Source of the DNA: an uncultured delta proteobacterium
GTDB lineage: Bacteria > Desulfobacterota > WTBG01
DNA length: 40,129 bases
Reading direction: 5' to 3'
Assembly: GCA_963793865.1 (NCBI GenBank)
Contig: CAWCBP010000013.1
Coordinates: forward strand, 1-40,129
The notes under the pieces are model-generated. The model was not told the origin of the DNA. It was given only the letters and a program-made list of their open reading frames with translations, and did no database searches. Below, piece by piece: positions 9,380 through 19,013 of this stretch (its first letter is position 1; every line of letters starts with the position of its first letter). Both the position numbers and the translations under genes were made by a program.

Positions 9380-10861
9380 TCAGAAAATGGTTTTAACCAC
9401 CAGGCCGGCAAGGCTGAAGAAGCGGAACAGCGCGTCAGGGGCAAGACAGAGCCCGACCGCGCACAATGCGCTTACCGCCAGGGGAGCGGTCATCATAAGC
9501 GGCGCTTCCGCCACCCGGAGGCCTTCCCGGTCCTCGACCCTGAAATAGGCGTTGTAAATAATGGGGAAAAAATAGGCCGCGTCCAGAAGGGCGCTTGCCA
9601 GGAAAACAAACAGGAAGAGCATCTCACCCGAGCTGAAGGCGCCAAGGCACAGGTACCATTTGCTCAGCAGGCCGCACACCGGCGGAAGGCCCACCAGGCC
9701 CGCCGCCCCCAGGGTAAAGGCACCCATGGTTACCGGCATCTGCCTGCCGATGCCTTTCATCTCGCTGATGGATTCCTTTCCGGTCTTCACATAGATGGCG
9801 CCGGCGCACATGAAGAGGGTGATCTTCATGAAGCCGTGGAAGGGTATGAGCAGGACTGCACCCCGCACCGCTTCGGCATTGAGCAGCGATGCCCCCAGGA
9901 TGATCATGGCCAGGTTGTTGATGGTGGAGAATGCCAGCCGCCGTTTCAAATTATCCTGGGTGAGGGCTATAAGATTGGCGGCGATCACCGTGAAGGAAGC
10001 GCACCAGGCGAGGACTTCCCAGAGGCCCAGCCGCTTGAGGCTTTCCGGGCCGAACACGTACAGAATGACGCGCAGTACGCAGAAGACCCCGGCCTTGACC
10101 ACGGCAACCGCGTGCAGCAGCGCGCTGACCGGCGTGGGCGCGATCATCGCCGAGGGCAGCCATTCGTGCAGGGGCATGAGGGCCGCCTTGGCGCCGAAGC
10201 CGATCATGAAGCAGGCAAAAATCACCCGCAGCATTGCGGGCGTGCCCCGGCCCTGAAAAAGTCCGCCGGATGCGAAATCGAGGGTGCCGGTGAGGTAATA
10301 GGTCGCCCCCATGGCAAAGAGGATGAACACGGCGCCGCCCAGCAGGTAGGCAAGGTACTTTCTTGCGGCGAGGATCGCCTCCGGGGTCTCCTTGTGCGCC
10401 ACCAGGGGATAGGTGGAGACGCTCAATATTTCGTAAAACATGTACAGGGTGATGAGGTTGCCGGAGAGGGAAACACCCACCGCGCCGAAGAGGGCCAGGG
10501 CGAAGCAGAAAAAGTAACGGGTCTGGGCATGTTCGTTGAGGCTGCGCATGTAGCCGATGGAATAGACCGAGACCACCACCCAGAGAAACGATGCCAGCAG
10601 GGCGAAGACCATGCCGAAGGCATCCACGCTGAACGTCAGTGAGAGGCCGGTGTAGAGTTCAATGATCCGGTAGACCACCACCCTGCCGGCAAGCACCGGG
10701 GGCAGCATGGAAAAGACCATGACACATTGCAGCAGCGCGGCACCGATGGTTGCGGCTTCCCTGAGGTTGGGCCGGGCGGAACCGGCGGCCAGGATCAGCA
10801 CCGCAGCCATAAGCGGCGCTGACACGGCATACAGGGGAAGCGGCGAATAGAATATGTCCAT
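9380..10861 (-). CDS. mrpD: Mrp/Mnh antiporter subunit D family
   Basis: FYEILSVSTYPLV, PLHEWLPSAMIAPTPVSALLHAVAVVKAG, QDNLKRRLAFST. Confidence 0.9.
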   Translation of the reverse strand: MDIFYSPLPLYAVSAPLMAAVLILAAGSARPNLREAATIGAALLQCVMVFSMLPPVLAGRVVVYRIIELYTGLSLTFSVDAFGMVFALLASFLWVVVSVYSIGYMRSLNEHAQTRYFFCFALALFGAVGVSLSGNLITLYMFYEILSVSTYPLVAHKETPEAILAARKYLAYLLGGAVFILFAMGATYYLTGTLDFASGGLFQGRGTPAMLRVIFACFMIGFGAKAALMPLHEWLPSAMIAPTPVSALLHAVAVVKAGVFCVLRVILYVFGPESLKRLGLWEVLAWCASFTVIAANLIALTQDNLKRRLAFSTINNLAMIILGASLLNAEAVRGAVLLIPFHGFMKITLFMCAGAIYVKTGKESISEMKGIGRQMPVTMGAFTLGAAGLVGLPPVCGLLSKWYLCLGAFSSGEMLFLFVFLASALLDAAYFFPIIYNAYFRVEDREGLRVAEAPLMMTAPLAVSALCAVGLCLAPDALFRFFSLAGLVVKTIF

Positions 10862-10869
10862 AGTCCAGT

Positions 10870-12357
10870 CTACAATGCGGCAGGCAGCGCGAAGGCGATG
10901 ACCGTGTTAATGAGTTTTCCGCTGAATACGCCCAGCAGCAGAATGCAGAGCGCCAGGCAAACCATTGGTGCCAGCTGACTGAGCGGTATCCTGTCGATGA
11001 CTGTTTTCGAGCCATCGCCGGTCTCATGCCCGGCAAAATACACCTGCTCGATCACCCGGAAGAAAAGGACCGCGCTTAAGAGGCTGCTGATCAGCAGGGC
11101 GGCAACGTACGCCCACTGGCCGGCCTTGATGGCCCCGAGCACCAGGTACCATTTGCTGAAGAATCCGCAGAGCGGCGGTACGCCGATGACCGACAGCGCG
11201 GCCACCACAAATACCCCCATGGTGACCGGCAGCCGCCGGTTGATTCCCCGCAAGTCACGGAGGTTTCTGGTGCCGGCACAGGCATTGATGGTGCCCACCG
11301 CGGTAAACAGGCAGGCCATCATGAACATGTCGTTGACCGTGTGCAGCACCGCCCCGGTGAGTCCGAAGCGGTTTGCCGAGGCGATACCGATGACGATGTA
11401 TCCCATCTCTGAGACGATAAGGTAGCAGAGCATCCGCTTCAGGTCTGTCTGGGCAAGCGCCATCACGCCCGCGAACAGCACCCCGGCAACTCCCAGCCAG
11501 CCAAGCACGACCGTGGCGGGGATGACGGTTACGGAAAACGTGGGATCAAAGATGGTGAAGAGCACCCGCAGCAGCACGTAGGCCCCCACCTTGGTAAAGA
11601 GCGGTGCGAGCAGCGCGCTCACGCTTGACGGGGCAAGGGTGTACGAATCCGGCAGCCAGGTGTGCACCGGGAACAGGCCCATCTTTATGGCCACCCCCAC
11701 CATCAGAAAGGCGAAGCCGGCCATGAGCACGCGTGACCCGTAGAGCGGGGGCAGCAGGTCGCGCAAATCGGCCATGTTCAGCGACCCGGTGAGTATGTAG
11801 AGATAGCCGACGCCCAGCAGGTAGGCGCAGGCGCCGATGGTGCCGAAGATCATGTAGCGGAAGGCGGCAAAGGCGGCAGCGCCCTCACCCATGCCGATGA
11901 TGGCATATGCCGAAAAGGAGGCGATTTCGAGCAGCACGTAGAGGTTGAAGGCATCGCCGGTTATGGTCATGCCCAGCAGCCCGGTCACCTGCAGCAGAAA
12001 GAGGGTGTAGAACTGCGGCAGCTTTTCCTCCCGGAACTCGCCCGAGGCAATGGACCGGGAGTAGATCCCCACCAGCAGCGCGATCAGGGCAACCGAGACC
12101 AGTATCAGCCCGTTCAGGTGGTCGACCACATATTCGATGCCCCAGGGAGGGTCCCAGGCGCCCAGGTAGTAATGAATGGGGCTGCCCTGCTGCATCACCT
12201 GCGCGAGGAGGGCCACGCTGAAATAAAAGCACGCGCACAGGGTGGCAATGACCAGGGGATAGCAGATCCGCCTGTTGAACAGGCCGGCGGCAAAGACGAT
12301 GAAGGACATCATCAGGGGGGTAACTACAATAAGGGCGGGATAGTGTTCAGGGCTCAC
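10870..12357 (-). CDS. mrpD: Mrp/Mnh antiporter subunit D
   Basis: TGDAFNLYVLLEI, IKMGLFPVHTWLPDSY..APS, QTDLKRML, PPLCGFFSKW. Confidence 0.92.
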   Translation of the reverse strand: MSPEHYPALIVVTPLMMSFIVFAAGLFNRRICYPLVIATLCACFYFSVALLAQVMQQGSPIHYYLGAWDPPWGIEYVVDHLNGLILVSVALIALLVGIYSRSIASGEFREEKLPQFYTLFLLQVTGLLGMTITGDAFNLYVLLEIASFSAYAIIGMGEGAAAFAAFRYMIFGTIGACAYLLGVGYLYILTGSLNMADLRDLLPPLYGSRVLMAGFAFLMVGVAIKMGLFPVHTWLPDSYTLAPSSVSALLAPLFTKVGAYVLLRVLFTIFDPTFSVTVIPATVVLGWLGVAGVLFAGVMALAQTDLKRMLCYLIVSEMGYIVIGIASANRFGLTGAVLHTVNDMFMMACLFTAVGTINACAGTRNLRDLRGINRRLPVTMGVFVVAALSVIGVPPLCGFFSKWYLVLGAIKAGQWAYVAALLISSLLSAVLFFRVIEQVYFAGHETGDGSKTVIDRIPLSQLAPMVCLALCILLLGVFSGKLINTVIAFALPAAL

Positions 12358-12722
12358 TGCTTAATCGCCTTTATGATCTCGTCTTCTTCCAGCGTTCCGT
12401 ATTTCCGGTAGAGGATCACCAGCAGCGCCAGGGCGATGCCGGTCGTGGCCACGCCCACCACGATGGCGGTGAGCATGAGCACGTGCGGCAGGGGATTGAT
12501 GTAATCCGCCGCCCGGGCCGTCTGCCCGGCGATGACCACCGGCAGGGTGCCGCCCTTTTTGGACCCGATGGAGATGTAATAGAGGATGATGGACCACTGG
12601 AATATATTCATGCCGATGAGCTTTTTCATCAGGTTGTTCTTGGCCATCATGCCGTAAAAGCCCACCATGATCATGGCGATGTAAAACCAGTAGCTGTGCT
12701 TGACCAGCAGGTACTCAATCAT
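12354..12722 (-). CDS. mrpC: Mrp/Mnh antiporter subunit C
   Basis: NNLMKKLIG, INPLPHVLMLTAIVVGVA, YGTLEEDEI. Confidence 0.92.
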   Translation of the reverse strand: MIEYLLVKHSYWFYIAMIMVGFYGMMAKNNLMKKLIGMNIFQWSIILYYISIGSKKGGTLPVVIAGQTARAADYINPLPHVLMLTAIVVGVATTGIALALLVILYRKYGTLEEDEIIKAIKQ

Positions 12723-13182
12723 GATTCCGCTCCAGAACCGCCTCCTGTTCGCCGGCGGTGACCAGGTCGAGGAAAATGGAGACCATCACCGCCATGACGG
12801 TGATTTCCACGCCCAGCTCGATCATGGCGATGCCGTAGTAGCGGGCCATGACCGGACCAACGGGGAGGATGTGCCGCCAGGCGCTGTAGTCAAGAAAATT
12901 GTCGGAGAAAATCAGCGAGACCGCTCCGGTGCCGGCATAGATAAAGACGCCGAGGCAGCAGAAGAGGGCGTTCAGCCGTTCGCTGAAGCGCCGCTTTGCC
13001 TCCCCGATGTCATATGCCACTGCCAGCAGGATGAAGCTTGCCGCCATGATGCACCCGCCCTGGAATCCCCCGCCGGGGCTGGTGTGGCCGTGGACGTAGA
13101 CATAGAGGCTGTAGATCTGCAGAAACGGAACCATGATGCGCGAACAGGTCCGTATGATCAGGTCATCAAGATTTCTTACCAC
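12715..13182 (-). CDS. mrpB: Mrp/Mnh antiporter subunit B
   Basis: HGHTSPGGGFQGG motif, IELGV. Confidence 0.9.
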   Translation of the reverse strand: MVRNLDDLIIRTCSRIMVPFLQIYSLYVYVHGHTSPGGGFQGGCIMAASFILLAVAYDIGEAKRRFSERLNALFCCLGVFIYAGTGAVSLIFSDNFLDYSAWRHILPVGPVMARYYGIAMIELGVEITVMAVMVSIFLDLVTAGEQEAVLERNHD

Positions 13183-13450
13183 GGGACCTCCGCAGCAGCA
13201 TCATCACCGCAACACCGGCGGTGAAGATGACGCTGGTTTCGAACATGGTGTCATATCCCCGGTAATCGGCCAGCACCGAGGTCACGGCATTGGGCACCCC
13301 GGTTTCGGGGAGGGTTTTCTCGATATAGCGCGGCGAAACATGGGCGCTCGCGGGCTGCTGCGGGTCACCCCAGCGGGGAAACTCCTCGACCCCGTACAGG
13401 AGCAGCAGGCCGGCAAGTATGGTGATGATGAGAGAAAGAAGCCGGTTCAA
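13166..13450 (-). CDS. MbhE-like / MrpA C-terminal-like subunit
   Basis: PNAVTSVLADYRGYDTMFET motif. Confidence 0.85.
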   Translation of the reverse strand: MNRLLSLIITILAGLLLLYGVEEFPRWGDPQQPASAHVSPRYIEKTLPETGVPNAVTSVLADYRGYDTMFETSVIFTAGVAVMMLLRRSRGKKS

Positions 13451-13692
13451 TCCTTTGTTCTCCGCGTGGTATTATAAAGTGCGCCCATGAAGAAGGCAGT
13501 GCTTACCCCCGCCCCCACCGCGGCCTCGGTAAATGCAACATCCACCGCACCCATCTCGGTCCAGAGCAGGCACATGAAAAAGCTGAAGGCGCTGAGCAGC
13601 ACGATGGCGCTCAGCAAATCCTTCACCGTCAGCGCGGCGATCGCCACGATCAGGGCAAATAGCAGCAGGACCAGGTTCAGTTCCCAGATCAT
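13447..13692 (-). CDS. DUF4040 / MbhD-like subunit
   Basis: GAVDVAFTEAAVGAG motif. Confidence 0.85.
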   Translation of the reverse strand: MIWELNLVLLLFALIVAIAALTVKDLLSAIVLLSAFSFFMCLLWTEMGAVDVAFTEAAVGAGVSTAFFMGALYNTTRRTKD

Positions 13693-14055
13693 TTATGACT
13701 CCTTTCCGTCTCCGGTTTTATCTATAATCACCTGCCCGTCCTTGGTCCAGGGGGTCACTCCCGATTCAAAGGCGGAGCGCAGCACCGCGTGGGTGGCAGT
13801 GGGGCTGGCAATGAACCAGAACACGGCGATGAAGATGAGCTTTACGCTCTGCACCAGCCCCGGCCAGGTGGGGCTGTCCGAGAGGTTAAATACGGCCAGG
13901 CCGATGAGGCAGAGGAGCATGGCCAGCGTGTCGCCTTTGCCGGTGGCATGCATCCGGGTGTACAGATCAGGAAAGCGCAGAAATCCTACCGTGGCGGCAA
14001 AAAAGAGAAATACTCCTGCAAGCAGAAAAGCGCCGGTGACGGTCGCGGTAATCAT
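13693..14055 (-). CDS. mrpG: Mrp/Mnh antiporter subunit G
   Basis: RFPDLYTRMHATGKGDTL, SPTATHAV. Confidence 0.92.
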   Translation of the reverse strand: MITATVTGAFLLAGVFLFFAATVGFLRFPDLYTRMHATGKGDTLAMLLCLIGLAVFNLSDSPTWPGLVQSVKLIFIAVFWFIASPTATHAVLRSAFESGVTPWTKDGQVIIDKTGDGKES

Positions 14056-14327
14056 GGGTGTAGGTGAAATCCTTTTTTCAAAAAATATTTGGAGATGATC
14101 AGCGTCCCGATAAAATTGAGGATCGAGTATGCCAGCGCCAGGTCAACAAACATGTCGATTCGCTTGTAAATGAATCCTATCAGGACCAGAAGAATAACCG
14201 TTTTGGTGCCCACGAAGCCCGCGCCGATGATCCGGTCAAATACCGTCGGGCCGAATACCGCCCGGTACAGGCAGAGAAAGATGAGCACGCAGATCGCAAG
14301 CGATGTGTAAAGGAAAAATTGCACCAT
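14052..14327 (-). CDS. mrpF: Mrp/Mnh antiporter subunit F
   Basis: YRAVFGPTVFDRII, DLALAYSILNFIGT. Confidence 0.92.
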   Translation of the reverse strand: MVQFFLYTSLAICVLIFLCLYRAVFGPTVFDRIIGAGFVGTKTVILLVLIGFIYKRIDMFVDLALAYSILNFIGTLIISKYFLKKGFHLHP

Positions 14328-14806
14328 TAATCTTCTCCGAAAATATGCCCCACCCGCTCCTCCATCTCCCCCGGCAGCGATTCCGCCACGCCGATGTCAA
14401 TGGCGTGGACATAAAAGGTGTCATCTTCCATCAGCACGGTGATGGTCCCCGGGGTGAGGGTGATGGAATCGGCAAAGACCACCAGCGCCAGTTCATTTTT
14501 AAGCCGGGACTTGAATTTGACCACGTGGGGATAAATCTTCTCCTGCATGCGGGGGCTGAGCGCCAGCTTGACCACGTAGATATTGGCAAGGTAGATCTGG
14601 TAGAGCAGCCAGGGAAGGTATTGAATGAAGCGCCGGTATTCAGTAAGCTTGGGCCGCAGCTTGAAATCCTGGAAGAGCAGGTCGTGGGACATGTAGCTCA
14701 CCAGCGCACAGGAGAGGAGCCCCAGACCAAAATGCCAGGGGTCAAACAGTCCCGACATGAAAATCCAGAAAACAACCAGTATGATAAAAGTGATGATCAT
14801 CGACAT
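14327..14806 (-). CDS. mrpE: Mrp/Mnh antiporter subunit E
   Basis: IYLANIYVV, ADSITLTPGTIT, FYVHAID. Confidence 0.92.
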   Translation of the reverse strand: MSMIITFIILVVFWIFMSGLFDPWHFGLGLLSCALVSYMSHDLLFQDFKLRPKLTEYRRFIQYLPWLLYQIYLANIYVVKLALSPRMQEKIYPHVVKFKSRLKNELALVVFADSITLTPGTITVLMEDDTFYVHAIDIGVAESLPGEMEERVGHIFGED

Positions 14807-14942
14807 AGCAGCACCGATACCTGTGTACGGGCCAGTAATCGTTACAGTGCTCGCGCGATTTTACCGGCGGCAAACAGCAATTGCGGGGAATGAAAAACGG
14901 CCACGTCTGTGTGCCCGGAGAGTGATGGCTTAGTGCTGTGGC

Positions 14943-14971
14943 ACTATAATAAATATGCTTCGCGGCGTCAA
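14943..14971 (-). promoter_or_regulatory. Putative sigma70 promoter of the mrp operon
   Basis: Minus strand TTGACG-17 nt-TATAGT about 140 bp upstream of mrpE. Confidence 0.6.
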
Positions 14972-15006
14972 GAGAAAGCTGGGGGATATGACTCCCCTCC
15001 AATTGG

Positions 15007-16440
15007 CTATAGCCACCTGCTTTTCTTGTCCAGGTAATCCATCAGCAGGCAGCGTCCCAGGTCCCCCGGCTGGATGTGAAACACCTTTCCCTTGCAATTT
15101 TCCGCCAGGAGGTGCGCGAAGCGGACGCGCTCCTGCTCCCGGGAGAGGAGAAAAATGCTGATGTCGATGCCGCTTCGGGACAGCGACCGGAGCCGCCTGA
15201 GGGTGATGGCGAGGGTCTTGGGGTGGGGCGGGAACTGGAAGAAGAGATAGCCATTCTCGCGGTGGGCGGTGGGCTCACCGTCGGTGATCAGGAAAAGCTG
15301 CCGGCGAAACCCTTTCTGCCGGGAGAGAATCCCGTGGGCCAGGTCGAGTGCCTCCTCCATGTTGGTATAGGGGTTGGTTTCATCCCAGGTGAGAAAAGGG
15401 ATTTCGAAGTTCTTGATGGTATAGGCCCTGGTGGAAAACCCCACCACGGTCAGGCGGTCGCGGGGATAGCGCCTCTCGACCAGGCCCTGTAAGGCCAGGG
15501 TCACCTTTTTTGCCGCGATGTAGCAGTCCTCGAAACGCATGGATCGGCTGAGGTCGAGCAGGATGACGGTTGCATAGCGTGCGAGGGGCTCCCGGTCGTA
15601 GACCATGAGGTCCTCTTCGCTCACCTTCACCGGGCGGCGCGCGCCGGTTCGCCTGATGGCGTTCAGCAGGGACTGCGTCGGCTCAATGAGCGGGGGATCC
15701 CCGAAATGGTAGGGCCGTACACCCGTGCCCAGGTGGGGCTCGGTGTGCAGATCGTCGCTTGAGCGGCGCGCCCGCGGTTCCCGCCGGGCCGGCTTGAAGA
15801 TGTTCTTGAGAACGTTGCGGGCAATTTTATGCAGCGCCGCGGTGGTAAGCCTCAGCCCTGAACCCGTTCCCGCCGCCAGGCCCTGCCTGAAAGCGGTCGC
15901 GTTAAGCTCCTTAATGGCCTGCCAGCTGCGCAGCGCCTCGCCCCCGAGGATCTTCTCCAGCAGCTCCTCATCGATGCTTCCCGGGTCATAGCCCCAGTAG
16001 ACGCGGCGCAGTGTTTTTTCCAGATGTTCAAGCTGCGCCAGGTCGTCGCGGGTCAACCGGTGACCCTGCGGAGCACCGGCCGGCCTTCTTCCTGCGGGAC
16101 TGTCAGGGATGAGACGGGATGATTTCCTGGCGCCTGATTTCTTCCGTGCCGCACCTGACTTGACCGGCCCCTCATCGCCCGCGGCGTGAGGTTCCCCGGG
16201 GTCTCCCGCCGCGGAGAGATTTTCCCGCAATGCTTTCAGGCTTTCCAGCAGATGGGCGATTCCGGCCACGATGGTGTTCCCCGCCGGATCGCGGTAGCCT
16301 TCGCGCTTCAGGGCTTCCAGGGCTTCTTCAAGGGAGGCGCTGCGAAAGATGACTTCGGAAAGGGCCTCCACGGGGAGCGTGTCCGGCGGCGGGGGGACGG
16401 AAGGCTGTCCGGAGAGGGGCTTGTAGTGAACGCGTTTCAT
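15007..16440 (-). CDS. VWA domain-containing protein (partner of AAA+ ATPase)
   Basis: MIDAS motif DLSRSM, YTNMEEAL, LITDGEPTAH. Confidence 0.88.
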   Translation of the reverse strand: MKRVHYKPLSGQPSVPPPPDTLPVEALSEVIFRSASLEEALEALKREGYRDPAGNTIVAGIAHLLESLKALRENLSAAGDPGEPHAAGDEGPVKSGAARKKSGARKSSRLIPDSPAGRRPAGAPQGHRLTRDDLAQLEHLEKTLRRVYWGYDPGSIDEELLEKILGGEALRSWQAIKELNATAFRQGLAAGTGSGLRLTTAALHKIARNVLKNIFKPARREPRARRSSDDLHTEPHLGTGVRPYHFGDPPLIEPTQSLLNAIRRTGARRPVKVSEEDLMVYDREPLARYATVILLDLSRSMRFEDCYIAAKKVTLALQGLVERRYPRDRLTVVGFSTRAYTIKNFEIPFLTWDETNPYTNMEEALDLAHGILSRQKGFRRQLFLITDGEPTAHRENGYLFFQFPPHPKTLAITLRRLRSLSRSGIDISIFLLSREQERVRFAHLLAENCKGKVFHIQPGDLGRCLLMDYLDKKSRWL

Positions 16441-17837
16441 GGCCTGGAGGTGTAAGCGGAACCTGTTTCCCTCACCTCTTTTTTTATTTTCCCGCTGACG
16501 GCGAGCCCTTCCAGGATGAACTCGGCGGCCGAGGCCAGCAGCGCCGGGGAGCCGCCCTCCGCCAGCAGCGCCGCCTTTTCCGCCAGCTGCGGATAGGCGC
16601 TGATCCTGGAACGGTACGAGGAGGAGGCGTCAGCTTCCGAGACGTCGATGCCATCGCCGGCCGAGAAGGCTTTTAAGAAGTCGGCGAATGATTCGCGGGG
16701 GAAGACTTTCTTAAACACCAGCGCGACGGCGTCCCTGATCAGCAGGTTGATTTTTTCCGGCTCGCCGGTTTCGTCCGCAAAGTCCCACTCGATCTTCCCC
16801 TTCATGGAGGAGGTGAGATGCGCGAGGTCGCTGATCCGCGGCACCACTTCCGCTTCGCGCAGGCGGATGGACCGGCGGAAGGCATTGCTGATCAGGTTCT
16901 CCCGGTTGTGGATGCTCATGCGCACGCTGATGCCGGAGTAGTGGTTTATGTCCGGCCGTGACCGGGCCAGGCGGGAAATCTCGGCGACGATTTCCTCCAT
17001 GAAGCGGGGAAGCAGGAGCCGGAAGCCATCGGCGGCAAAAGGCGTACTTTCCTGGCGCACGATGCGGATTTCGTCCTCAAGGCTCCGGGGGTAATGGGTG
17101 CGAATCTGGGCGCCGAAGCGATCCTTGAGGGGGGTGATGATGCGCCCGCGGCTGGTGTAGTCCTCCGGATTGGCGGTGGCGATGATGATGATGTCCAGGG
17201 GAAGGGCCACCCGGTATCCCCGGATCTGCACGTCCCGCTCCTCGAGGAGATTGAAAAGTCCGACCTGGATCTTTTCGTGAAGATCGGGAAGCTCATTGAT
17301 GGCGAAGATGCCGCGGTTGGTGCGTGGTACCAGCCCGTAATGTATGGCCAGCTCATCGGAGAGATAGCGGCCTTCGGCAATTTTGACCGGGTCAATGTCG
17401 CCGATGAGGTCGGCGATGGTGACGTCCGGCGTGGCCAGCTTTTCCGAAAAGCGCATCCCGCGGGGAATCCAGGCTATGCGCGTGTCCCCCTGGTGTTCGG
17501 CAATCTGCTGGTGGCAGCCCTTGCAGAGGGGGTGCAGAGGATTGTCGTTGATTTCACAGCCGGCGATGACGGGAAGCGCCTCATCCAGCAGGGCGGTGAG
17601 GGAGCGCATGATGCGCGTCTTTGCCTGTCCGCGCTCGCCGAGCAGGATGATATCGTGGCAGGAGAGGAGGGCGTTTTCGATTTCAGGAAGCACGGTGTGA
17701 TCATAGCCGATGATGCCGCTGAAGAGCCGCTCCCCCCGCTGCATTTTTTCTATCAGGTTGGCGCGGAGCTCGGCCTTGACCGTCCTGGGCTGGTACCCCG
17801 ATTCCCTGAGTTCATTGATGGTCTGCGGTTGCTTCAT
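16437..17837 (-). CDS. AAA+ ATPase, magnesium chelatase/MoxR-like
   Basis: Start reassigned to MKQPQT (17837). GERGQAKT Walker A, LIGDIDP, GIFAINELPDL, ATANPEDYTSRGRIITPLKDR. Stop overlaps the VWA start. Confidence 0.9.
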   Translation of the reverse strand: MKQPQTINELRESGYQPRTVKAELRANLIEKMQRGERLFSGIIGYDHTVLPEIENALLSCHDIILLGERGQAKTRIMRSLTALLDEALPVIAGCEINDNPLHPLCKGCHQQIAEHQGDTRIAWIPRGMRFSEKLATPDVTIADLIGDIDPVKIAEGRYLSDELAIHYGLVPRTNRGIFAINELPDLHEKIQVGLFNLLEERDVQIRGYRVALPLDIIIIATANPEDYTSRGRIITPLKDRFGAQIRTHYPRSLEDEIRIVRQESTPFAADGFRLLLPRFMEEIVAEISRLARSRPDINHYSGISVRMSIHNRENLISNAFRRSIRLREAEVVPRISDLAHLTSSMKGKIEWDFADETGEPEKINLLIRDAVALVFKKVFPRESFADFLKAFSAGDGIDVSEADASSSYRSRISAYPQLAEKAALLAEGGSPALLASAAEFILEGLAVSGKIKKEVRETGSAYTSRP

Positions 17838-17856
17838 GATGGAATGTAAAGTCTTG

Positions 17857-17918
17857 GTAGGGGCAGGCCCCTGTGCCTGCCCTGATTTCGTAGGGCAACC
17901 ACAGGGGGTTGCCCCTAC
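17857..17918. repeat. 62-bp GTAG..CTAC REP doublet, copy 1
   Basis: gtaggggcaggcccctgtgcctgccct-gatttc-gtagggcaaccacagggggttgcccctac; one mismatch to the copy at 19681-19742. Confidence 0.85.
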
Positions 17919-17932
17919 ATTTGGATAAGATT

Positions 17933-17959
17933 TGGATCCCCGCCTTCGCGGGGATGGCA
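17933..17959. repeat. ATCCCCGC-N4-GCGGGGAT palindromic repeat
   Basis: Reverse complement matches 20289-20315 at 26/27 positions; degenerate copy at 17985-18011. Confidence 0.75.
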
Positions 17960-18024
17960 TCCAAGCAAGGCAGCAATTAAAACATGTTATTCCTGCGGAA
18001 GCGAGAATCCATTGATAAAACCCT

Positions 18025-18876
18025 CTACCGCGATAACTCAAGCTGCAGATTTTTTTTGAAGTCATCCTTGATGGCGTCGGTGATGCTGAGCTGGGTCAGC
18101 TTCAGCGTTTCCATGAGCATGCCCAGCTGTGAATTTTCCATCACCTCTTTGAGCGGAAGCGAGATAAGGGCATAGACATACCCCGACGGGTCCACCCAGT
18201 AGCTCTCAACCTGGAAATTGTCCAGCAGCTCGCGTATGGCGCCGGCGATGTTTTTTTTGAAATCCGGGGACAGTTCATCAAAGCTGGCGGGCGGTTTTCT
18301 GCCGGCGGACCTGATGGTATAACCAACCGCAGTAAAGGTCTTTCGCTCCAGCATCTTCGACATGGACGCGATCGCCTGCTCGACCGCCGATTGCTGGGCC
18401 CTGGTGAGCTTGCCGGTCATGCTGCTGATCCCCATGGAAAAAATGGTGCCGTCGCGGCGGGGAAGTTCATCCACCCAGCGGGGGGGCACGGAAACGGTTA
18501 TCTTGTCTTCCGCCAGCTTGAGAAATCTGACATACTGGCTGGCGAGGGTGTCTATTTTTTCTGAAAGCTCCTTTGTCTTCTCCGCGCTTTGTGTGCTCTC
18601 CCTGCCCAGCTGTTCAATTTTGCCCATCAGCTCCTCGTTGATGCGCCGGGCAATGGTATCCACGTCTGTGGTAATTTTATCTGTTTTTAGCGAGCTGTCC
18701 TTGAGGGTTTCCTGCATGCCGGGGATGTCTACGTCAACTGCCTGCTCAACCCTGGTTTCAATCGAGGACAGCCGGTAGGCCAGGTAGCCGACCGCCCCGA
18801 GTATGATCGCGGTGCCGGCCAGCGCCTTGAACAGGCCCCGTGTGGCTGAAGCGTTAAAAAAATGTTTGACTGACAT
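18025..18876 (-). CDS. Membrane-anchored coiled-coil protein with LPP20-like C-terminal domain
   Basis: N-terminal TM helix, heptad-rich middle, then PPRWV..IFSMGIS..A..A and YWVDPSGYVYALI. Start is uncertain (18876 or 18960). Confidence 0.55.
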   Translation of the reverse strand: MSVKHFFNASATRGLFKALAGTAIILGAVGYLAYRLSSIETRVEQAVDVDIPGMQETLKDSSLKTDKITTDVDTIARRINEELMGKIEQLGRESTQSAEKTKELSEKIDTLASQYVRFLKLAEDKITVSVPPRWVDELPRRDGTIFSMGISSMTGKLTRAQQSAVEQAIASMSKMLERKTFTAVGYTIRSAGRKPPASFDELSPDFKKNIAGAIRELLDNFQVESYWVDPSGYVYALISLPLKEVMENSQLGMLMETLKLTQLSITDAIKDDFKKNLQLELSR

Positions 18877-19013
18877 AAGTTGGTTGAAAAGAACACAAAA
18901 GTGGAGTATAGATGCCGAAAGCTGTTGCGCGGACATCTGTTTTTGTGGGGCTATTAGCATATATCATCGCGCGTTTGTCAAGCAAAAACCGGCGGCACGA
19001 AAGGAGGAACACA

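Noticed and set aside
17838..18065. N-terminal extensions in the ORF track for the AAA ATPase, and likewise for mlaA, sdhA and 7407..9335
   Set aside because: The extensions translate REP or octamer repeats or overlap neighbouring genes; downstream starts fit the family N-termini
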